A stretch of 64,000 nt of DNA from an uncultured Acidimicrobiaceae bacterium (GTDB lineage Bacteria > Actinomycetota > Acidimicrobiia > Spongiisociales > UBA5794). The stretch lies in contig CAYNHF010000021.1 in NCBI GenBank assembly GCA_964397045.1, forward strand, positions 17,653 through 81,652, in the 5' to 3' direction. Made by a program: the position numbers and the translations under genes. Under the pieces are notes generated by a model, which was not told the origin of the DNA, did no database searches, and saw only the letters and a list, made by a program, of their open reading frames with translations. Of the stretch, positions 57,183 to 64,000 are shown piece by piece (positions within the stretch are counted from its first letter, which is position 1; each line of letters begins with the position of its first letter).

Positions 57183-58544
57183 GTGGGCAATTTCGCGGCT
57201 TTGAAGACCCAGGCTGAGGCAGCGTTGGCGCTGTCGAGAGAGGAGGACGGCTACTCCCTTGGCTTGCAGGCGTTCAAATATGGCTACCCGGCCATCGAGA
57301 TGTATCGCAGCCGCTGGGAATGGCACTACGACCGAACCAGCCCCAACTACAACGGCCCGGTGAACCGCCTGGGCCACACCAAGCGTGCTACGCACGAGGA
57401 CCGCTTCGTAGTGACGCCGATCAATGACGCGGTGTACTCGCGGGCCTTCGTCGACCTGGCAGTGGAGCCGGTGGTGATCGAGGTCCCGAAGATCGAAGAT
57501 CGCTATTGGACCGTGCAGATTGCCGACTTCTACACGAACAGCTTTGCCTACATAGGGAAGCGGCAGGGCGACGGCGCGGGTGCCTACGCATAGGTCGGGC
57601 CCGATTGGCGTGGTGTGCTCCCGAACGGACTCAACCGAAGCGTCACCGCTCCGACGCCGGTCATTGCGTTGCTGGCCAGGGTCGCGGTCCTGGACGACGA
57701 GGAGGCGCCCGCGGTCGGGTTGCAGAAGCAATTCAAGCTCACGCCACTGAGCTTGTGGTCCGGCAACACAAGCGAAGCCGCCGCGGCCGCAACGCCTCTG
57801 CCGTATCTCGATTTCAAAGACGGTGATTCGCTCGACTTCCTTCGGATGTTGAACTGGGTCATCACGGAGAACCCGCCACCGCCCACGGACGCCGGGGCCC
57901 TGGGACTGTTCGAACGGATCGGCATCAAACCAGGAACCGAGTTCGACGCCGACCGCCTGCATCCTGCGATGGTCGACGGCTTGCGGCGGGGGATCGATCA
58001 GGGGCTGGTGTCTTTGCTAGGGGAGATGCCGTTCTGCGTTCCCAACGTCAACGGATGGTTGATCCCGGATCCCAGCCGATCGGGCAACTTCGGCACGGAC
58101 TACCACCTGCGGCTGGTGACGGCCGAGATTGGACTGCTGGCCAACGACGCACGCGAAGCGCTGTACATCGGATGCTTCATGGACAACGCGGGAGAGCCGC
58201 TGGTCGGTGGAAGGGAGTACACGATTCACTTTGACGAGGACCAGCTTCCACCGGTCGATGAGTTCTGGTCCCTCACGATGTACACCCACCCGCCGGGGTT
58301 CCTCACCGAGAGCAGCACGAACCGTTACGCCCTGGGGACTCTGACGCCGGGCTTCGCGCACAACGAGGACGGGTCGGTGGATATCTACATTCAGCGGGAG
58401 TCTCCCGGCCCAGGGAGGGAGTCCAACTGGCTACCCACCACGCCCCAGGGTGAGCTGTTCCGGATCATCTTCCGGATGTACAACCCCGGCCCCCATATCC
58501 TCAACGGCACGTGGAAGCCGCCTTCGATAGAACGAGTCGCCTGA
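57183..58544 (+). pseudogene. DUF1254/DUF1214 protein interrupted by one in-frame TAG (57591-57593)
   Basis: YGYP, VVTPINDAVYS, DFYTN before the stop and VGPDW, NDAREALY, FWSLTMY, NEDGSVDIYI, SNWLP after it, all in the same frame. Confidence 0.8.
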
Positions 58545-58587
58545 CGGCGGTGTGCCCGCCTATCGACACGTCGAAGCGACCTGCTGG

Positions 58588-58815
58588 TTATCGCTTGATG
58601 AGTTGTTTGAATCCGGCGACTCCCATGAACAGCAGAGGTCGATCGACGATGTCGGGATCGTCGTCCAGTTCCTCTCTGGTGAGGTCGTTGAGTTTCAGGT
58701 TCATGGAGCTGACAACCGTCTGGTCGAATTTCGGGTTGTCGCGGTTAGCGAGGTTGCCTAGCTCGTTGGGGTCTTCCCACAGGTCGTAGAGCGCCACGTT
58801 GCTGTCTCGGTAGAG
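58588..58815 (-). pseudogene. 3' remnant of a paralogue of the 61817-63505 sulfatase
   Basis: LYRDSNVALYDLWED...DPDIVDRPLLFMGVAGFKQ matches the C-terminus of the intact gene; similarity stops abruptly near 58815. Confidence 0.85.
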
Positions 58816-58928
58816 CCTGGTGGGAACCTTTCGCCATCGAGTATCTGACACGCTCCCAGGGACCTCCGGCCCTGGGAGACCTTCCCGCGCTGCGACAGGA
58901 TGATCGAAAGGACATCGAGGAGGGCAAT

Positions 58929-59636
58929 ATGGCGGCCGGAGCGGACTCGGACAGCGGATGGCTTGGACATCGCACAGCTCCCTCCCCCGGCGTCGGCGTT
59001 GTGGCTGCGCTTGAGGGCGTAGCCCTCATTGCGTGGAACTTGATGGCCACCCCATTCATCGGGCGGAGGCGCCTGCGCTGGGGCACGGTGGGAACGGAGA
59101 CAACCGATTCTCTGCCGGGCGATGAGTTCGTGCTCGAACCCAAGTGGTCATACACCCTGGGAATCACCGTCGATGCTTCGCCGGAGGATGTGTGGCCCTG
59201 GATTGCCCAAGTCGGCCAGCGCGGCGGCGGTTTCTACAGCTATCAGACGCTTGAGAACATTGCCGGTTGCAGGATCACCAACACAACAGAGATCCTTCCC
59301 GACCACCAGCATCCGGCGGTTGGAGAAGATATCTACCTGCATCCGACCGCACCGCCGATGCGAATAGAGTTCGTGGATCCTCCGAACGCTCTTGTGCTTT
59401 TTGGGTCACCCGCCGATATCGGTGTCGAGGAGAGCTGGGGAATGTCAACCTGGCAGTTCGCCGTCAACCCGGGCGCTGAACGCGGCAGCCGACTGCTGAC
59501 CAGGGGCCGCTACGACTACACCCCGGATTGGAAGAGCCGCCTCGCGTTTGGGCGCTTCCCTGTCGAAGTCATCACTTACGTGATGAGCCGCAAGATGATG
59601 CTCGAGATCAAGAGGCTGGCAGAGCGCGACGCGTAG
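58929..59636 (+). CDS. SRPBCC-like hypothetical protein
   Basis: LPGDE, ITVDASPEDVWPWIAQVG..GGFYSY, MSRKMM.EIK; GAGGAG RBS. Confidence 0.75.
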   Translation: MAAGADSDSGWLGHRTAPSPGVGVVAALEGVALIAWNLMATPFIGRRRLRWGTVGTETTDSLPGDEFVLEPKWSYTLGITVDASPEDVWPWIAQVGQRGGGFYSYQTLENIAGCRITNTTEILPDHQHPAVGEDIYLHPTAPPMRIEFVDPPNALVLFGSPADIGVEESWGMSTWQFAVNPGAERGSRLLTRGRYDYTPDWKSRLAFGRFPVEVITYVMSRKMMLEIKRLAERDA

Positions 59637-59758
59637 TCAGAATCCCGAAACATTGCCCTGGAATCGCCGTCCGACACCGTACCCGGATCCGTCCCGGTAG
59701 CGGCCACGTCGGCGGCGAGTCGCTGTACGTCACACGGGTTGGGGTCGCTCGGGTTCAT

Positions 59759-59823
59759 TGGCGGAGGCGGACGGGAATCGAACGCGCCAGGGGGTTTGTC
59801 GCCCCCTCAACGGTTTTGAAGAC
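59759..59823 (-). pseudogene. selC: 3' part of tRNA-Sec (anticodon loop to CCA), att-like scar 1
   Basis: Minus strand GT-CTTCAAA-ACCG (UCA anticodon), long variable arm AGGGGG/CCCCCT, T loop TTCGATT, CCGCCTCC-GCCA; no 5' half; one T-stem mismatch. Confidence 0.85.
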
Positions 59824-59880
59824 GGACTTCCCGTTGCCTTCTGTTTTCGTCTAGACCTGTCTAGACCTGGTGACACAAAC

Positions 59881-59948
59881 GGGTTCAGTGCCGTGTAGAC
59901 CCTTCCAGGCCCGTTGAGTTGCTTTGGCTACTCCACGCTGTGGCACCG
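59881..59948. repeat. conserved ~68-nt block following scar 1 (putative element end), copy 1
   Basis: Aligns with 61698-61764 at roughly 59/68 positions; ends in GTGGCACCG. Confidence 0.8.
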
Positions 59949-60060
59949 GTAACCGAAGCGGGTCACGATCCTCTGACCGGTTCACGGTTCCAGTCTCGTC
60001 GGACGCTTGGCCGAGGATGCCGAGCCTCGCCATGGGAAGGCCGAAGCAAGGTGACCGTGT

Positions 60061-61365
60061 TCATTCGTCCGGATCGACACCACGGGCCTTGAGCATCTTC
60101 TTGACGTCGAGGCTAATGCCATCGTCAGGCCAAATGTTGGTGATGTCACGGTCCACGTCGGGTGGGTAGTACTCGTGCGGGTCGAGTTCCATGTCGCGGA
60201 GAAACTGCTCCTGCTGGTCCTCGCGGGGTCTCGTGGGATCGGGCATCCTGACGGTATCGGGCAACTGGCCTGGCGGGAACAGAAGACGCGGGTCGAGAGC
60301 ACCAACTGGTGAGCCGTGCGGTAGGTTGGCCTTGCGCCCCCAGATGGCGTCCTTCGTGACGTTGACCACCACCACGTCGGGTGCACCGAACATGAACAAC
60401 CCCGGCCAGTGCGCCCTGACCTCGGCGATGGATTCGCCCATCAGGGTGTCTTCGAAGTTTGTGTGGGTGATCATCGCTAGACGGGGATTGACTTGCTTGA
60501 ACAGGTACCCCGCTGCGTAGTAGGGCGTGTGGTAGGTGTCGATTGTGTATTGGGTCATTTCGACCTGGGTGCCCCACTTCATGGCGAGCAGCGATGGGGT
60601 GTCCATTTGGCCTTCGCTGACGAAAACGTCCACATCCTGGGAGTACTCCACCGTCTTCTCGTCGGGTCGCCCGTCACCCGTCCACACGAACGACAGGTTG
60701 TGATCTTCCCAATCGAGCCGGTACGCCGAAGCACCGTCTTTGACGTGTGACCGTGGCCAGTGGCGGACCTTCACCCCGTCTTGGTCGTAGCAAATGCCGT
60801 TCTCGTCGCGCCAGTCGAACTCCGTGACTTCGATTTCGAGTCCGTCGCCAACCGGAATCGATTCGAAGTTCTCTGTGTGCCACACCATCATCTCTTGCAT
60901 CTTCTCCACCACATGGCGGGTACCCAGGTGTGGTTGCGATCCAGATGGGCCGTATACCCGCAATGGTTTGAAGCGACCCATCGTCGCGGTGAACGGGTAC
61001 ATGTAGGGCAGGTCCGCGTAATGGTCCACGTGGAGATGGCTGATGAAGATGTCGTACATCTCGGCCGGGAGCACCCCCATGCCCAGGATGTTCTTCACTG
61101 AGCCATTCCCGAGATCGAAGAAGAAGCGGCGCGGCGACATTGCACCGGTTCCCAGCTCGACCATGATGGAAGTGCCCGATTGGCTTTGGGTGGGCGGCCA
61201 TGGCGTGCTGCCGGGAAACGATACCCGCATCTCTCCCTCGGCCAGCGGCTCACCCGGCGGAAAGTAGTTGCGGTTCGTGACCGAGGGCGTTGGTCGATAC
61301 TCGGCGGGCAGGGAGATTCCGCCTCCCGGCCTGCGTCCGTACGGGTTGCTAGGAACATCCATCAT
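60061..61365 (-). CDS. MBL-fold metallohydrolase (RNase Z/AtsA-like)
   Basis: FDLG.G, SHLHVDHYAD, WPRSH, WTGDG, YHT, ITH; GGAGGG RBS before ATG 61365. Confidence 0.85.
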   Translation of the reverse strand: MMDVPSNPYGRRPGGGISLPAEYRPTPSVTNRNYFPPGEPLAEGEMRVSFPGSTPWPPTQSQSGTSIMVELGTGAMSPRRFFFDLGNGSVKNILGMGVLPAEMYDIFISHLHVDHYADLPYMYPFTATMGRFKPLRVYGPSGSQPHLGTRHVVEKMQEMMVWHTENFESIPVGDGLEIEVTEFDWRDENGICYDQDGVKVRHWPRSHVKDGASAYRLDWEDHNLSFVWTGDGRPDEKTVEYSQDVDVFVSEGQMDTPSLLAMKWGTQVEMTQYTIDTYHTPYYAAGYLFKQVNPRLAMITHTNFEDTLMGESIAEVRAHWPGLFMFGAPDVVVVNVTKDAIWGRKANLPHGSPVGALDPRLLFPPGQLPDTVRMPDPTRPREDQQEQFLRDMELDPHEYYPPDVDRDITNIWPDDGISLDVKKMLKARGVDPDE

Positions 61366-61408
61366 GACCCTCCGATCAACGAAGCTCTGTTCGCTCAACA
61401 TAGCCAGA

Positions 61409-61430
61409 GAGGCGGACGGGAATCGAACCC
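61409..61430 (-). pseudogene. selC: 22-nt tRNA-Sec T-arm/acceptor fragment, scar 3
   Basis: gaggcggacgggaatcgaaccc identical to 61571-61592. Confidence 0.7.
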
Positions 61431-61529
61431 CTCGCCCCAGTGCGTGGAGCGGATTCGGACTCGGCCTCCAGCCCAGTGAGGGCTACGACCGGGGGGCGGT
61501 TGGTCGGCTCGATTTCTCGTTTCGAAGGC

Positions 61530-61563
61530 AGAAGGTCCGGTCCTTGATGGGATCGGACCTTCT
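61530..61563 (-). terminator. 14-bp hairpin just 3' of scar 2
   Basis: AGAAGGTCCGGTCC-ttgatg-GGATCGGACCTTCT. Confidence 0.6.
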
Positions 61564-61569
61564 ACTCGG

Positions 61570-61630
61570 GGAGGCGGACGGGAATCGAACCCGCCAGGGG
61601 GTTTGTCGCCCCCTCAACGGTTTTGAAGAC
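61570..61630 (-). pseudogene. selC: 3' part of tRNA-Sec (anticodon loop to acceptor, no CCA), att-like scar 2
   Basis: Same sequence as scar 1 with an intact T stem GCGGG/CCCGT; upstream sequence forms no D arm or acceptor 5' strand. Confidence 0.85.
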
Positions 61631-61697
61631 GGGCTTGTGGTGTTCCGACTGTCTCCGTCTGCTGCCGTCTAGACCCGGCTAGGCGTTGTGGCGCAGC

Positions 61698-61764
61698 GGG
61701 TCCAGTGCCGAGTAGACCCTTCAGGGCCGTTGAGTTCCTTTGGCTACGCCACGTCGTGGCACCG
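61698..61764. repeat. conserved ~68-nt block following scar 2, copy 2
   Basis: Matches 59881-59948; followed by a second GGCACCG. Confidence 0.8.
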
Positions 61765-61816
61765 AGTTCGGCACCGGACTATGCCCGCTCGTCAGTCCGT
61801 CGAGGCAGCCTGCGGG

Positions 61817-63505
61817 TTACTGCTTGATGCGTTGTTTGAATCCGGCGACTCCCATGAAGAGCAGGGGTCGATCAACGATGTCCGGATCGTCACCCAGTTC
61901 GTCTCTGATGAGGTCGTTGAGCTTATCGTTCATGGAGCTGACAACCGCCTCGTCAAATTCCGGGTTGTCACGGTTGGCGAGGTTGTCTATCTCGTCGGAG
62001 TCTTCCCACAGGTCGTAGAGCGCCACGTCGTTGTCTCGGTAGAGGTCATCCGTCGTTGCTGGTTGGTTGTGTTCGTTGATGGCGTGGTACCGGATGAACT
62101 TGTAGCGGCCGTCGTAGACGCCGCGCATGACATGACGAGCGTCGAAGTGTGAGTCGCGGATCGAGTTGACGAGGCCTTTGGCCTTGTCGAGTTTGCTCTG
62201 CTCCTCCTGGGCGGCGTCTTCGTCGTCGCCCAAGTCGATCATTCCGGAGGCAACCTCGGCAATGAATTCCATATCAACCGCCCACAACACGTCGTAGGTG
62301 TACAGCGCACCTGTTCCGGGTTGTGTAGTTGAGCCGCGAGCGGTGAACACCTCGGGGTCGGCGACAATGCCTGCTACATCGAAGCCTCGTAGCTGCGGGT
62401 CACGTTGGGTTTGCTGCTCCGCGCTGACCCCGGCCCAGCGAAGCAACGTTGGTGCAATGTCAACGCTGGTACCAACGGCATCGGTGGTGCGACCACCAGC
62501 AAAGTCGGGATGCACGACCACGAACGGAACGTTCCACCCCTCCTTGAACGGGATGGCTCCCTTCTGGCGCATCCCGTGCCCAGCAACCATGTCACCATGA
62601 TCAGCGGTGTACACAATGATGGTCCGGTCGGCTTGACCGCTGGCTTCGAGCGCATCGAGCACTGCCCCGATGTGCCGATCCACGTCACGCAGACAATTGA
62701 GGTAGTAGTTCACGTACCGTTTCCACATGTCGTGCCGATCCGTCGGCATCTCCCCGTAGCTGATGTCACACAGGGTGCGGTAGTAGCGGACCGCCTCGGG
62801 ATGCTGGTCGAGCGGGTCATCGAACGACGACGGGAGCTCGATGTCCCACTGCTGCTGGTAGATCGGGTCGTCAGGTTCGGTGGTGATCTGCACCAGCCCG
62901 CTCACCTGGGTGTCCCCGGTGCCGTCAGCGTCGAAGAACATGACGTCGTGCGGGTTACAGAAATTCACCGCAAGGAACCACGGCTGCGATTCGGCGATCT
63001 TCCCAGCCCGGTCCGTGAGCCATTCCGCGGCGTCGGCTGCGATCTCACCATCACGTTCATAGCCGTCGCGGACCTCACCCCAGATCTCACCGAAATCCTG
63101 GTAATCCGAGAACCCGTACGGCTCCAATACGTCCCGAGTGTGCTCCCCAGTAATCACGCTGAGATGCCACTTCCCCTTGAACGCCGTGTAATAGCCGGCG
63201 TCACGCAACATGTGCCCAACGGTACGAACTTCCTCCGGGTCGAGGTCGTCTATCCAGGCCATGTTGGTGTTGTCCCACATCCCGTTCTGCACCGCATGGA
63301 CTCCGGTGTACATCACCGAACGCGACGGAGTACACAACGCCGTATTCACCTGGTAGTCGTCGAAAACCAACCCGGCGTCCTCGAGACGCTGCCGATTCGG
63401 TAACTCGTAGCCGTCTGGACGGGGTGCGTGGGCATAAGTCTGATCCGTCGTCAAGAACAGAATGTTGTATCGGCCAGACTCATCCGACTCCACTGGACCC
63501 GTCAT
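61817..63505 (-). CDS. formylglycine-dependent sulfatase (no signal peptide seen)
   Basis: NILFLTTDQ, LCTPSRSVMYTG (CxPxR), GKWHL, NPHD, ADHG, K; ATG 63505 with GGAGGGG RBS. Confidence 0.92.
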   Translation of the reverse strand: MTGPVESDESGRYNILFLTTDQTYAHAPRPDGYELPNRQRLEDAGLVFDDYQVNTALCTPSRSVMYTGVHAVQNGMWDNTNMAWIDDLDPEEVRTVGHMLRDAGYYTAFKGKWHLSVITGEHTRDVLEPYGFSDYQDFGEIWGEVRDGYERDGEIAADAAEWLTDRAGKIAESQPWFLAVNFCNPHDVMFFDADGTGDTQVSGLVQITTEPDDPIYQQQWDIELPSSFDDPLDQHPEAVRYYRTLCDISYGEMPTDRHDMWKRYVNYYLNCLRDVDRHIGAVLDALEASGQADRTIIVYTADHGDMVAGHGMRQKGAIPFKEGWNVPFVVVHPDFAGGRTTDAVGTSVDIAPTLLRWAGVSAEQQTQRDPQLRGFDVAGIVADPEVFTARGSTTQPGTGALYTYDVLWAVDMEFIAEVASGMIDLGDDEDAAQEEQSKLDKAKGLVNSIRDSHFDARHVMRGVYDGRYKFIRYHAINEHNQPATTDDLYRDNDVALYDLWEDSDEIDNLANRDNPEFDEAVVSSMNDKLNDLIRDELGDDPDIVDRPLLFMGVAGFKQRIKQ

Positions 63506-63693
63506 GTCGGACACTCCCCTCCATCGGCTAATTCGCTCCCGAGCATAGATGCACCAACTGCCCGGACGGCCGAGTACAGCTAGATCGCAGTGATGTCGCG
63601 GCCGTGGCCGTGAGCGCCCAAACCACCGGCTTTTCGGTTCAGCCGATCGAGATTCGCGGCTGGTCGGGTAGCGTGGCTTGCAGGGAGGGTGGC

Positions 63694-64000
63694 GTGGACA
63701 TTCGATTGCTTGCTGTTGGGGCTACCGCCATCGGGATCTACGCCCTCGTCTCGGGGCGTCTGAGTCGGAGCATCATGACGGGTCCGATGTTCTTCGCGGC
63801 AGTCGGGGTCGTGGTGGTCGCCGTTGGGGTCGGCGAGGAGCCGACCGGTGATGTCGCCGGAGTGGCGCAGGTGGCATTGGAGATGACGCTCGCCCTCGTG
63901 CTGTTCACCGACGCTATGGCCACCAACATCGCATCGTGGCGGGAAGAAGGCAAGCTTCCCAGCCGTCTCCTGGTCCCGGGGATGCCGTTGATCATCCTCG
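63694..64000 (+). CDS. cation:proton antiporter (NhaP/CPA1-like), truncated by the window edge
   Basis: GGGAGGG RBS, GTG, hydrophobic N-terminus, LALVLFTDA...LPSRLL.PGMPL. Confidence 0.75.
   Translation, partial: MDIRLLAVGATAIGIYALVSGRLSRSIMTGPMFFAAVGVVVVAVGVGEEPTGDVAGVAQVALEMTLALVLFTDAMATNIASWREEGKLPSRLLVPGMPLIIL

Larger units (their letters stand above)
59824..61569. mobile_element. ~1.7-kb integrase-less cassette bounded by selC fragments
   Basis: 63-nt direct repeats 59763-59825 and 61570-61632 (62/63 identical) flank one gene. Confidence 0.6.

Noticed and set aside
56927-57204. ORF after acr3 as arsC
   Set aside because: No CxxNxxRS or other reductase motif and no convincing RBS
57591-57593. 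Pyrrolysine or Sec recoding of the TAG
   Set aside because: No pyl genes in the window, Sec uses UGA, and the site aligns to a hydrophobic non-catalytic residue
61570-61660. Possible intact tRNA-Sec gene
   Set aside because: Upstream of the anticodon loop there is no GGAGGCGG acceptor strand or D arm, and the anticodon stem 5' side is CCGT rather than CGGT; the same holds for the 59759 copy
59759-61764. CRISPR array
   Set aside because: Only two or three copies, kb-scale spacing, tRNA-derived sequence, no cas genes

Overview
64 kb of a high-GC bacterium, most likely an Acidimicrobiia-type actinobacterium (inferred from gene content such as clpS-DUF2017, the SDR/acyltransferase pair and an HbhA-like gene, and from widespread leaderless starts). 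Positions 1-53 kb are mostly core metabolism: a DivIVA-headed coiled-coil protein, a PAS histidine kinase, fadIJ, tdh-kbl, aroF-tyrA, nadE, mgtE, selD, ctaAB, gpsA, hflX and a Liv-type ABC transporter. Positions ~53-64 kb are accessory: heliorhodopsin, arsR-acr3, a DUF1254 gene with an internal amber stop, and a run of tRNA-Sec 3'-end (att-like) scars bracketing small hydrolase cassettes. Best leads: (1) a DAHP-synthase-like protein that has lost all four metal ligands and the KPRT motif, fused to an apparently intact chorismate mutase and preceded by a Phe/Tyr leader-peptide attenuator, 15 kb from an intact aroF; (2) SelD read through an in-frame UGA (GAGUACK); (3) integrase-less cassettes stacked at selC; (4) a ~160-nt rod-shaped ncRNA candidate at 13.8-14.0 kb; (5) a Rho_N/Cys3His/acyltransferase fusion next to an XRE-HbhA-like pair. 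No CRISPR, rRNA or intact tRNA was seen. All family calls come from motif recognition by eye; no searches were run.
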